A stretch of 54,580 nucleotides of DNA from an uncultured Staphylococcus sp. (GTDB taxonomy: Bacteria; Bacteroidota; Bacteroidia; Bacteroidales; Muribaculaceae): assembly GCA_964581555.1 (NCBI GenBank), contig CAZOOY010000001.1, forward strand, positions 1 to 54,580. Direction: 5' to 3'. Positions 1 to 9,179 of the stretch are shown here, in pieces. The notes beneath the pieces were generated by a model. That model did no database searches and was not told the DNA's origin. It saw only the letters and a list, made by a program, of their open reading frames with translations. Both the position numbers and the translations under genes were made by a program. Position 1 is the stretch's first letter; every line of letters starts with the position of its first letter.

Positions 1-23
1 TTTAACTTAAAAATCAACCGATT

Positions 24-212
24 ATGGCACAAGCATGGAAAGTAACGGTTAAGTCGTCCTGGAAGAAATACGCAAAGGGGCTTACTGTACAGATTGTAAC
101 AAACACCTCATCAAAGCCCACTCGTGAGCAAATCTTCGAGGCTTTTGATAAGCAACTCGGAATTAAGAAAGAATCAGGAGCAGCTCCCCAGTTTGATATT
201 ATAAAAGCATAA
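24..212 (+). CDS. Small basic hypothetical protein (62 aa); loosely resembles Bacteroidota DUF6140-type small proteins
   Basis: ATG after an AT-rich leader. Followed directly by a perfect 12-bp hairpin. The family resemblance is from memory only. Confidence 0.6.
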   Translation: MAQAWKVTVKSSWKKYAKGLTVQIVTNTSSKPTREQIFEAFDKQLGIKKESGAAPQFDIIKA

Positions 213-231
213 TGTCAATTCCCAATCCAGT

Positions 232-270
232 CAAAAGCGTGCCCGCATTTAGTTGGCACGCTTTTGTTAT
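232..270 (+). terminator. Rho-independent terminator-like hairpin after the 62-aa ORF
   Basis: Perfect inverted repeat CAAAAGCGTGCC (232-243) / GGCACGCTTTTG (255-266) with a T-rich tail. Confidence 0.75.
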
Positions 271-423
271 AAAATATGTCTGCTTTGGCTTAAAATAAAC
301 TATCATTATACAGAACCCATTGATGCAAGAAAGTATATCGACGCGAAAAAAAATTACACTTCCTTGAACTTTTTTCACCCACCACATGTTTTATAGACAA
401 AACATCACATTCAACTATTTATT

Positions 424-966
424 ATGAAAGATCTCAAAGGAACAAAGACTGAGGAATGTCTGAAAGCAGCGTTCGCCGGCGAATCGCAGGCTTGTGTAAA
501 ATATTCTTTCTACGCCAAGAAAGCCCAGAAGGACGGCTATCAGCAGATTGGTGCGATCTTTGAGGAGACCGCCCATAACGAGCATACTCACGCCAAGCTT
601 TGGTTCAAGCTTCTTCACGGCGGTGACGTGCCCGCAACACCCGAGAATCTCGTTGATGCAGCCGCAGGCGAGGAGTATGAGTGGGAAGACATGTACAAGG
701 ATTTTGCCAAGATCGCCCGCGAGGAAGGATTTAACGACATCGCCCGTCAGTTTGAGATGGTAGGCGAGATCGAGCGCACCCACATGGAGCGCTATCGCAC
801 CCTTCTCAAGAACATCGAGGACGGCCTCGTGTTCTCACGCGACGGTGACCGCATGTGGATGTGCCGCGAATGCGGTCATATCCATATCGGAAAGTCTGCA
901 CCTGTTGTTTGCCCCGTCTGCAAGCATCCGCAGGCATTCTTCGAGCTCCGTCCCGAGAATTATTAA
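424..966 (+). CDS. rbr: Rubrerythrin
   Basis: N-terminal [20 protein letters not shown], di-iron ExxH motifs (NEHTH, IERTH) and a C-terminal rubredoxin-like domain (CRECGH...CPVCKHP). Confidence 0.96.
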   Translation: MKDLKGTKTEECLKAAFAGESQACVKYSFYAKKAQKDGYQQIGAIFEETAHNEHTHAKLWFKLLHGGDVPATPENLVDAAAGEEYEWEDMYKDFAKIAREEGFNDIARQFEMVGEIERTHMERYRTLLKNIEDGLVFSRDGDRMWMCRECGHIHIGKSAPVVCPVCKHPQAFFELRPENY

Positions 967-997
967 TTCCCCTTCAACTACATACTAAGACTAATGG

Positions 998-1031
998 AAC
1001 AGTGTGGCTCAAACGAGTCACACTGTTTTTT
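998..1031 (+). terminator. Intrinsic terminator of rbr, located between convergent genes
   Basis: AACAGTGTGGCTC-aaac-GAGTCACACTGTT followed by a T run; one G-U pair in the stem. Confidence 0.8.
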
Positions 1032-1612
1032 CATACCTTTCCTTTGCAGGGACAATCATTGAGATGATCATCAATGAATCCTGTGGCCTGAAGGAAAGAA
1101 TAGCAGATGGTCGATCCACAGAAACGGAATCCACGTCGCTTCATGTCACGGCTCATGGCGTCGGAAACCGGAGAGGTGACGGGCAGACTTTCGGCCGAAG
1201 GGATATCATTGACAATCCTCTTCCCTCCGGGCAGAAAAGAAGTCACATAATTATAGAATGATCCAAATTCACGAACCACTTCTCCGAAAAGGCGTGCATT
1301 AACGACCGCGCTATGTATCTTAAGCCGATTTCTCACTATTCGTGAATCGCTTCTGAGCCGCTCCTCATCTTCAGGAGTCATACGCGACACCGCTTCATAG
1401 TCGAAGTCATGAAACAGTTCACGATATCCCTCGCGCTTGCGGAGCACCGTGATCCACGCAAGCCCTGCCTGGGCTCCTTCGAGGATGAGAAACTCAAAAA
1501 GTGTGCGATCATCCGTCACAGGTCTCCCCCACTCCTCGTCATGATATTTCACGTAGAGCGGGTCATCTCCGGCCCAGAAACAACGCTTCCCTTCCTTATC
1601 AGCCATAGTCAT
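1031..1612 (-). CDS. tag: DNA-3-methyladenine glycosylase I
   Basis: RCFWAGDDPLYVKYHDEEWG, LEGAQAGLAW, IVRNRLKI, GFRFCGSTICYSFLQATG and the Zn-binding C-terminus DDHLNDC. The start could be 1606. Confidence 0.96.
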   Translation of the reverse strand: MTMADKEGKRCFWAGDDPLYVKYHDEEWGRPVTDDRTLFEFLILEGAQAGLAWITVLRKREGYRELFHDFDYEAVSRMTPEDEERLRSDSRIVRNRLKIHSAVVNARLFGEVVREFGSFYNYVTSFLPGGKRIVNDIPSAESLPVTSPVSDAMSRDMKRRGFRFCGSTICYSFLQATGFIDDHLNDCPCKGKV

Positions 1613-1626
1613 ATGTTTTTCAGGAG

Positions 1627-1659
1627 CAAAAATACATAATTATAATCCATAACTCCAAA
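1627..1659 (-). promoter_or_regulatory. Canonical Bacteroidota sigma-A promoter for tag
   Basis: Minus strand TTTG (1656-1659), 21-nt spacer, TATTTTTG (1627-1634) matching -33 TTTG / -7 TAnnTTTG. Confidence 0.7.
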
Positions 1660-1712
1660 AATCAGGACTGCACTTCCGGAAGTTCTGAGTTGATTTTCCG
1701 GAGGTGCAGTCC
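1657..1712 (-). terminator. Intrinsic terminator ending the susC-susD transcript
   Basis: Inverted repeat GGACTGCACTTCCGGAA (1665-1681) / TTCCGGAGGTGCAGTCC (1696-1712), followed on the minus strand by TGATTTT. Confidence 0.8.
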
Positions 1713-1769
1713 CTTCGTGTATGTGTAAGCCCTGTATAACAGGCAGATCAGGTGAACACTACCCTATCA

Positions 1770-3233
1770 TTACCAGGGAGCGTTCTGAGTCCAATAGTCG
1801 GCCATGATATCCATCTGAGCCTGAGGAATAGGCCAGAGGTTGCCGTCAAACTTACGGAAGTCACCGGTGGCAGTATACTGGACGGTCGGGATAACATCTT
1901 TGGCAATGTCCCAGCGGATGATATCATAATAACGGATACCTTCGTAGGCGAGCTCCACACGGCGCTCGTTGCGGATGATCTCACGGGTAAGCGCAGTCTT
2001 GGCAGGCATATTGACGCCGGGACGCTGGCGCACATCGTTGAGAGCCTTGAGAGCTTTGGGATCGTCACCCTTACCGCTCTCAAACATTGCTTCGGCATAC
2101 ATGAGCAGGAGATCGGCATAGCGCATCTTGACGATGTGCTGGTCGCTGAGAGTGGCGGCATTGGGAGCGAAAGCACTTGGATCCACGTACTTCTTGAAAG
2201 CCATTCCGGTGAAGGGGATGGTGCCCTCGGCACGATTGCCGTTTTCCTCAAACTTGCCTGTCTTGTCATTATTTACCCAAGGATCGCCCTCTTCATACAT
2301 TGTCATCTTGATGCGGGGGTCTCCCTCCTCATAAGCAGCCCGCAGATTATAGCTTGGGAAGACGGTCATACGGCTACCAACCATCTGATCGAGAGCGTGG
2401 AAATCATCGGGGGCTGTGAACTGGATAGAGAACATGATCTCGGGATTGTTCTTCTGCTTGCCGAAGAAGATACCGGCATAGTCGTCGGCGAGCGAGAAGG
2501 GATTGGAAGCATCATGGATATAGTCGCCGGCGAGTTTGGCGACCTCGGCATACTTGCCATCATTAAGAAGGATACGGCATTTGAGCACGAGAGCCGATCC
2601 CTGGACGGCATGACCATCAGTGTAAGCCACATTGGGGAGCCATCTGATGGCATAATCGATATCCTCGATCATCTGAGCCACAACGTCGGCACGGGGTGTA
2701 CGGGGCATCTTCTCGAAACCGTCACCGACTTTGGCGACATGGAGCATGAGAGGGACATCGCCATAATGAACCACGAGCTCATTGTAGAAGAAAGTACGGA
2801 CGAAGAGAGCCTCGGCTTTCATCTTGTTGAATTCCTCCTCCGTGTAGAGGTCTTCAACTTTATCACAGTTGTCAAGGAAATAATTGGCAGCTGCGATACC
2901 TTTGTAGCAGTTGGTCCACATGTCGGTGAGAAGACCACCGGTGGAGGCGTCGATGCCACCCTGGGTAATGGTGAGATGTGCGCTACGGGTGACGGCATTG
3001 TCTGACAGACACTCCTGTTCGGTGCAGGGACCGCCACCGGGAACGGCTGCGAATGTGCCGTTGCGGAAGGAGGAATAGACAGCGGTTAGAGCCTTGTCGG
3101 CATCCTTTTTCGTATTCCAGAAGTTGGATGTGCTCACTGAGTCAAGGGGCTGCTTCTCAAGGTAATCCTCACAGGATACCATGCAGGCTGCCATTGCGAT
3201 AACCGAAGCACAAATCAAAATATGTTTTTTCAT
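1770..3233 (-). CDS. susD: SusD/RagB family glycan-binding lipoprotein
   Basis: Lipoprotein signal (MVSC-EDYLEKQP), AEALFVR..YGDVPL, RYADLLLMYAEA, ERRVELAYEGIRYYDIIRW, PIPQ..QNAPW. Directly downstream of susC. Confidence 0.96.
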   Translation of the reverse strand: MKKHILICASVIAMAACMVSCEDYLEKQPLDSVSTSNFWNTKKDADKALTAVYSSFRNGTFAAVPGGGPCTEQECLSDNAVTRSAHLTITQGGIDASTGGLLTDMWTNCYKGIAAANYFLDNCDKVEDLYTEEEFNKMKAEALFVRTFFYNELVVHYGDVPLMLHVAKVGDGFEKMPRTPRADVVAQMIEDIDYAIRWLPNVAYTDGHAVQGSALVLKCRILLNDGKYAEVAKLAGDYIHDASNPFSLADDYAGIFFGKQKNNPEIMFSIQFTAPDDFHALDQMVGSRMTVFPSYNLRAAYEEGDPRIKMTMYEEGDPWVNNDKTGKFEENGNRAEGTIPFTGMAFKKYVDPSAFAPNAATLSDQHIVKMRYADLLLMYAEAMFESGKGDDPKALKALNDVRQRPGVNMPAKTALTREIIRNERRVELAYEGIRYYDIIRWDIAKDVIPTVQYTATGDFRKFDGNLWPIPQAQMDIMADYWTQNAPW

Positions 3234-3255
3234 CGTTGAAATAATCCTGTTAAAA

Positions 3256-6200
3256 TTAAAGACTTACTTTTACACCGAAAGATATGACCTTGGCCTGGGG
3301 ATAGATGACCGCACGGGAGTTCTTGGCGGTACGCTCGGGATCGATGCCCTGGAACATCTTGGTGTGTGTCCAAAGGTTGTCACCGGAGAAGTAGACTCTC
3401 ACGCTCTGGAAGTGGATCTTCTTCATCCATGACTCGGGAAGGGTGTAGCCGATCTGAAGATTCTTGAGACGAAGATAAGATGCATCCTGGAGATACCATG
3501 TACAGATAGCGGTGTTGGGAGCATAGCCGTCGTTGAAGATGTGGGGAACGGTGTTGGAGGTACCTTCACCATCCCATGCGTCACGCCAGATGGTGGCGGG
3601 GATGGATCCCTGACGGAAAGGCTGGATACCCCAGTCCTTGAGATAAGTCTTCTTTCCTTCGACACCCTGGAAGAAAGCAGAGAAGTCAATACCCTTCCAC
3701 TCCGCGTTAATGGTGAAGCCGTAGTTGAATTTCGGGAATGCGCCATCCACGACCGCGCGGTCGTTGGTCGTGATCTTGCCGTCACCGTCAAGATCCTTGA
3801 ACTTCATGTCGCCCGGCTTGGCGAGGTTGCTCAGAGGCTTGAGATCCTTAAGCTCCTGCTCGTTCTGATAGAGGCCGTCGAAGATATACATATAGTATGT
3901 ATCCCACGGGAGTCCCTCTTCACGGATGGTACCGTTGGTGTTGATCTGGCGGGCACCGAACTTGACGAGTTTGTTCTCATATGTCTCGAGTGTTGCAGAG
4001 ATGCCGTAGGTGAACTCACCGATGCGGTCACGCCATCCGAGAGAGAACTCCCAACCCCAGTTGTCCATCACGCCGTCATTGACGGTAGGTGCGGTCACAC
4101 CCACATGGGAGGGAACCTGAAGTGTACGGAGGATGTCCTTGGTGCGTTTCTTGTACCACTCGGCTGTACCGTAGAGACGGTTGTTGAGGAAACCGAAGTC
4201 AAGACCGACGTTGGTTGAAGTTGTAGTCTCCCACATGATCTCAGCATTGGTGAGGGCTGTCTGTGTGAAACCCTGGTTGACAATACCTCCGAAGTTGTAC
4301 TTGACGGCTTCGAGAGTATCCTGATAGGGATAGTTACCGATGTTCTGGTTACCGAGCTTACCCCATGAACCGCGTAGCTTGAGGTTGGAGATCCAGATAA
4401 AGTCACGGAGGAATTTTTCTTCCGAGAGGCGCCATCCGGCCGAGAAGGCGGGGAAAACACCCCAACGCTTTTTCTTGGCGAGACGTGAAGTGCCGTCATA
4501 ACGGAAACTTGCCTCGAAGAGATAGCGTCCCTCGAAGTCATAATTGAGACGACCGAAGAGTGACTGAATGGCCCATTCGTAAGCACGACCCTCGTTGGTC
4601 TGACCGGCAGTTTCAGCAGTGTTAAGCTCCCAGAGTGTATTGGTGGGAACATCGTTACGGTAAGCACCGATCATGTCATAACGGTAATTCTCCTGATTAT
4701 AACCTAACATTACATTGAGATTATGCTTGTCAAGGAATGACTTGCGATAATTGAGAGTACCGTAGAGAGTGTACTGATTGGTAGTGGTCTGCTGGACGGT
4801 GAGAGTATTCTTGTCGCTGTTGTAGACACTTTCCTGATGCTCGCCAAACTCGTTGGGATGGAAAGTATAGGCTGTGCAGGATACGGTGAGACACTTTGCG
4901 AGGGTATTGTCATACTTTACCGAGCCTTTTATCTCGGCATCAAGACCATCGATGATGTTCACGCGGGCAAATGCACTTGCAAGTACATAGTTGGTGTTCC
5001 ACTTCTTGCCGCCACCGCTGTTGGCTACAGCGAGGGGAGCCTTGTTGTGACCGCGTCCGGCATAACCGCTGGAAGCGTATCGTCCATCGGGGAGATAGGG
5101 AGTATAGTAGGGACCCTGAGCGAATGTACAGAGGATAAGATCCTCGGTCTCGTTGGTGGTCAGGGCATTGTTTGCAGTATAGGATGTGGAGTGACGGTTG
5201 GACTTGGAAAGATTGATGTTTGTGCCGAAAGTCACGCGTCCATAGGTGGAGCGGAGATTGACCTGCGCATTGTAACGCTTGAATCCGGTCTTTATCACCA
5301 TACCATCCTGATCAAGGTAGCCGAAACCTATATTATAGGTGGTACCTCCCTTGCCTCCGTTGATGCTGAGGAAGTGCTGCTGCATGGGAGCGGTCTTGAT
5401 CACGTCATCATACCAGTCATGATTGGGATACTCGGGATCGCCGGGAGCTGCATTGGCATAAGCGTCGATCCACTCCTGCTTGTAACCCTTGGTGGCGATA
5501 TCACCACCGGTGTGAAGGAGAGCCTTATTGAAGAGAGTCATATACTCAGCTGAGTTGATGATGCGCTTCTGCTTCGTAGTGGGCGACTGCCAGGCAAAGT
5601 TATAGCTGTAGTCAACATTCAGACGTCCCTCGCTGCCATTCTTTGTGGTAATGAGGATGACACCATTGGCAGCACGCGCACCGTAGATAGAAGCGGATGC
5701 CGCATCCTTGAGGACGGTGATATTCTCGATCACATTGGGATTAAGCTTGTCCATGTCACCCTCCACGCCGTCAATGAGCACGAGAGGATTGGAGCCTGCG
5801 CTTGAGAAAGTGCCTTGACCGCGGATCTGGATTGAGGCCGACTCGGCACCGGGATTGGCTGAATTCTGAACGATCTGAAGACCGGCCACGCGTCCCTGAA
5901 GAAGCGACGAGGCATTGGGAGCAACACGTGTCGTGAGCTGCTCGCCATCGACACTGGCCACTGCACCGGTGAGATTGACTTTCTTCTGCTGACCATAACC
6001 GACCACAACCACTTCGTCGAGCTGCTGGCGATCTTCCTTCATTGTGACTTTCATCTGAGGAGTCGCAGGGAGAGTTACTGTCTCATAACCTATATAAGAG
6101 AAGGTCAGTTTGCCCCCCTCGGGAACTGAGAGGGTAAAATTACCGTCGAGATCTGTCGCTGCTCCTGTCGTTGTGCCTTCGAGCATTACAGAAACTCCTA

Positions 6201-6342
6201 AAAGAGGATCGCCGTTAGGCTCAACGACCGTACCGTTCACCTGAATGTTCTCTGCACTCACTCTGATACCCAGACTTAGGGCGAGAAAGAGGAGAGTCCA
6301 CATCATTCGTGAAAACCCGTGAGTTTTGTCACTGTTTTTCAT
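3256..6342 (-). CDS. susC: SusC/RagA TonB-dependent glycan transporter
   Basis: CarboxypepD-like N-domain, LDEVVVVGYG, LKDAASASIYGARAANGVILITTK, RYDGTSR, WETT, DASYLRLKNLQIGY. The ATG at 6342 is preferred over the TTG at 6348. Confidence 0.97.
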   Translation of the reverse strand: MKNSDKTHGFSRMMWTLLFLALSLGIRVSAENIQVNGTVVEPNGDPLLGVSVMLEGTTTGAATDLDGNFTLSVPEGGKLTFSYIGYETVTLPATPQMKVTMKEDRQQLDEVVVVGYGQQKKVNLTGAVASVDGEQLTTRVAPNASSLLQGRVAGLQIVQNSANPGAESASIQIRGQGTFSSAGSNPLVLIDGVEGDMDKLNPNVIENITVLKDAASASIYGARAANGVILITTKNGSEGRLNVDYSYNFAWQSPTTKQKRIINSAEYMTLFNKALLHTGGDIATKGYKQEWIDAYANAAPGDPEYPNHDWYDDVIKTAPMQQHFLSINGGKGGTTYNIGFGYLDQDGMVIKTGFKRYNAQVNLRSTYGRVTFGTNINLSKSNRHSTSYTANNALTTNETEDLILCTFAQGPYYTPYLPDGRYASSGYAGRGHNKAPLAVANSGGGKKWNTNYVLASAFARVNIIDGLDAEIKGSVKYDNTLAKCLTVSCTAYTFHPNEFGEHQESVYNSDKNTLTVQQTTTNQYTLYGTLNYRKSFLDKHNLNVMLGYNQENYRYDMIGAYRNDVPTNTLWELNTAETAGQTNEGRAYEWAIQSLFGRLNYDFEGRYLFEASFRYDGTSRLAKKKRWGVFPAFSAGWRLSEEKFLRDFIWISNLKLRGSWGKLGNQNIGNYPYQDTLEAVKYNFGGIVNQGFTQTALTNAEIMWETTTSTNVGLDFGFLNNRLYGTAEWYKKRTKDILRTLQVPSHVGVTAPTVNDGVMDNWGWEFSLGWRDRIGEFTYGISATLETYENKLVKFGARQINTNGTIREEGLPWDTYYMYIFDGLYQNEQELKDLKPLSNLAKPGDMKFKDLDGDGKITTNDRAVVDGAFPKFNYGFTINAEWKGIDFSAFFQGVEGKKTYLKDWGIQPFRQGSIPATIWRDAWDGEGTSNTVPHIFNDGYAPNTAICTWYLQDASYLRLKNLQIGYTLPESWMKKIHFQSVRVYFSGDNLWTHTKMFQGIDPERTAKNSRAVIYPQAKVISFGVKVSL

Positions 6343-6416
6343 TAACAAAAATAGATTTAAAATTTTAATACTTTTCCGTTACTTACTGTGGCTAATGATT
6401 GCCGAGGATTACGGTG

Positions 6417-6485
6417 CAAATATAGGTTATAGAAGTTTCAGGGGCTTTCAAATTTATCCCAATTTGAATATATTTTTATTCCAAA
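6417..6485 (-). promoter_or_regulatory. susCD promoter: -7 box plus candidate HTCS-binding motif
   Basis: Minus strand TATATTTG (6417-6424). 21 nt away, plus-strand TTTCAAATTTATCCCAAT, with TTTATTCCAA repeating TTTATCCCAA at a 22-nt offset. Confidence 0.65.
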
Positions 6486-6577
6486 GGTATAAAAAATTTT
6501 CCTATCAACCCTAAACACCAATTTAATTACCTGATATCCTGACTATTATCCACGTTGATTAATTTGTAAAATCGCGC

Positions 6578-8014
6578 TTATTCCGACAATATTTTGCTGT
6601 ATCCGGCTCCGATATAAGCCAGATCCTTATTATTGTTATCGTACCATGCTGGTCCGACTCCGGGAAGAGAGGCCAGGACACGCTCCCGTTCCATCCGGGC
6701 ATAGTCGGTAGCAGATGGAGAACTATTGAATCCCTCGAGTTCTATATCCGATTTGTCTTCGAAAGCATAACTGTTCTCAAGAAAATAAAAACCGCCGAGA
6801 GTCTCTTCAGGTCGATAGATATTCACATTGCTGACCGGACCATATATATTATTGTAGGCGAAACGGATGTTTCGGGGCATTTTCTCCCCTGCTCCCGTCC
6901 CGAAATCCATCGCATTGCAATCAATGAAATGATTGTATGCGATATCGACATTCTCGGCACGATGGAACGAAGTGAGAGGCTCGGCCTTCAGATCCGTATC
7001 AGGGCCGGGACGATCATGGACACCGACGCGGACGAGAAGTCCCCACCCTCCGAGACGACACATGAAATTATCGTAGACGGTGTGGCCCTGATTGATGATG
7101 CGGACACCGCATGTACCGGCGAGGTTATTGCCCACAAATGTATTTCCCTCCACTACATTGTAGTGACCGTGACGGCAGACGAGAGCTCCGCGAGACTCAA
7201 AGAAAAGATTGCGCCGGAGCACGTTGTTGCATGACTTTACGGAGATGATCTCGTTTTCACCGTCGCAATGAAGGAAAACATTGTTCTCGATGATGGCGTG
7301 AGACTCAAGCTGGGATGACCAGGAGTGACCCACACGGATTATCTCGGCTCCATTTCCTCCATAAGGCTTGCGAAAACCGAAGAGATTGTGGTCAATCTGA
7401 TGATTATTGATATGACTGTTTTCATCAAGCCATAACTGAAGTACCAGACCACCGATGCGCTTATTGGCGAAATAGCAGTGATCCACACGGTGATTCTCCC
7501 CGTAGAGTCCCACCCAGTATTCGGCCACCGACATCGGGAGCTGTCCTTTGGGTGCGGGAGCTTCGCTCTTGTCCGGATCATTGCAGTCGTCGATCACGCA
7601 GTTGGTGAGTCGGCAATGATTAGCATGTAGACCTTTATCCTTTCGGAACTCAATCATGGAGAAGCCTGATGCCCATGCTTTATTAAAAAATAATCCGTCG
7701 ATCTTGAGGTAAGATCCGTAGATTCTCATTTTCAAAGGGCCTGAGACCACCGCTCCCCCGGGATTCTCGGCACGGAGAGAAATGGTGTCATTCCTTGTAC
7801 CTTCGGCAAAGAAATCTACATCGCCCAGATTGTAGACTCCGTCACTCAGAGTCACTCGGTCTCCGGGCCGGAGATCTCCGCTCGCCAGCAGAGTCTTCAT
7901 CTCCTGCGTCTCATTCGGAGAAAAGCGATATTCCCTTGCCGAAACTGACATAGCCGAGAGAAAAAGCATCCCGCAAAAAGCCGTCTTTCTAAAATTCAAG
8001 AGATTCATAAACAT
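6578..8014 (-). CDS. Polysaccharide lyase family 6 (chondroitinase B / alginate lyase beta-helix)
   Basis: Signal peptide; PL6 motifs RVDHCYF, NGAEIIRVG, CDGENEIISVKS (catalytic Lys) and LVCRHG (catalytic Arg). Confidence 0.92.
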   Translation of the reverse strand: MFMNLLNFRKTAFCGMLFLSAMSVSAREYRFSPNETQEMKTLLASGDLRPGDRVTLSDGVYNLGDVDFFAEGTRNDTISLRAENPGGAVVSGPLKMRIYGSYLKIDGLFFNKAWASGFSMIEFRKDKGLHANHCRLTNCVIDDCNDPDKSEAPAPKGQLPMSVAEYWVGLYGENHRVDHCYFANKRIGGLVLQLWLDENSHINNHQIDHNLFGFRKPYGGNGAEIIRVGHSWSSQLESHAIIENNVFLHCDGENEIISVKSCNNVLRRNLFFESRGALVCRHGHYNVVEGNTFVGNNLAGTCGVRIINQGHTVYDNFMCRLGGWGLLVRVGVHDRPGPDTDLKAEPLTSFHRAENVDIAYNHFIDCNAMDFGTGAGEKMPRNIRFAYNNIYGPVSNVNIYRPEETLGGFYFLENSYAFEDKSDIELEGFNSSPSATDYARMERERVLASLPGVGPAWYDNNNKDLAYIGAGYSKILSE

Positions 8015-8023
8015 ATTTAATTC

Positions 8024-9163
8024 TCAGTCCATCGTAACAAGTTCGGTTGCACACCAGAGGAGAGGTGCATGAGCGTGAAGGTCACCTGTGATGTGCTTGC
8101 GGTTCACGTAGTGGTCACGATCGTTCTTCACATTAGTACCTTCACAGACATCCTCAACCTCATCATCGGCATTGATACGGCTCACAAGACCGAGCCACCC
8201 TTTTCGTGCCACAGGTGCGTACTCCTGCTCATCAAGCCAGCCGTTTTTTACACCTGTAATCATGGCATAGGTAAACATTGCTGTACCTGAAGTCTCGTTC
8301 CAGGTATCGGGGCCGTCAATGAGCTGGTGCCAAAGGCCCTCTTTACCCTGATACTTTTTCAGAGTAGCCATCATGGTCCGGTAGCCATCCATGATTTTAT
8401 TATAGTTGGGATTATCTTTAGGAAGAATCGAGAGAAGTTCAGCCATTCCGGCGGCCATCCATCCATTGCCTCGCGCCCAGAAAAAAGGAGCATCGGGAGA
8501 ATGATAGAAAAGACCGTTGGGACACTGGATGGAATCGAGATACATCGCCATCTCATTGGCGGCTCGGTCGATATACTTCCTGTCGCCTGTGGTTTTATAA
8601 GCCTGAGACTGTATGGTGGTAATCATGAACATATCGTCGATCCACACACGTGTCTGCCATGAATAACCCTTGTCGGCATTGGCCTTCTGCACAGGTTTGG
8701 CATCCTCAGGCACTTCCCACTGCGTATCGGCGTACTTCATGCCAAGTTCACGATAGCGGTCTCCGCCACACTGCATATAAATTTCGAGAGGGACGGCACC
8801 GACTACATTGTGGTCCACGTGGTTCATTTTGGGGAGGAGATGCTTCTCGGAGTCAAAGAGCGGTTCGAAACGTTTCACCAGCCCGGCTGTGAGATCCGGC
8901 TGATGAGTAGCTTTAGCAAACCAGAGTGCGCCGAGCCACGCACATGCATCCGGATAGGTGATGTAATTGGGCGCCTTGTCGGCCCTGGGATTTCCAAAAC
9001 GGGTGTGAGGAGTAGCGAGGAATTTGTTTACGATCCTCGTGCCTACATCCTTCGGATCAGCTTCCGGCGGAAAGTCGGTCAGCTGCGTCACCTTGGCTGC
9101 GGCCTGCCCTACGGACAGAAATCCGGCTATAAGCAAGGTGAGAGTGAAAAATCTAAACTTCAT
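8024..9163 (-). CDS. GH105 unsaturated uronyl hydrolase (canonical motifs)
   Basis: Signal peptide; HVDH, RVWIDDMFM, GLFYH, FWARGNGW, GLWHQL, ETSGTAMF. Confidence 0.92.
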   Translation of the reverse strand: MKFRFFTLTLLIAGFLSVGQAAAKVTQLTDFPPEADPKDVGTRIVNKFLATPHTRFGNPRADKAPNYITYPDACAWLGALWFAKATHQPDLTAGLVKRFEPLFDSEKHLLPKMNHVDHNVVGAVPLEIYMQCGGDRYRELGMKYADTQWEVPEDAKPVQKANADKGYSWQTRVWIDDMFMITTIQSQAYKTTGDRKYIDRAANEMAMYLDSIQCPNGLFYHSPDAPFFWARGNGWMAAGMAELLSILPKDNPNYNKIMDGYRTMMATLKKYQGKEGLWHQLIDGPDTWNETSGTAMFTYAMITGVKNGWLDEQEYAPVARKGWLGLVSRINADDEVEDVCEGTNVKNDRDHYVNRKHITGDLHAHAPLLWCATELVTMD

Positions 9164-9179
9164 GATAATTGGATATTGT

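Noticed and set aside
1752-5553. Long plus-strand ORFs (417, 225 and 238 aa) opposite susD/susC
   Set aside because: Antisense shadows of strongly codon-biased genes; no domain signatures or expression signals.
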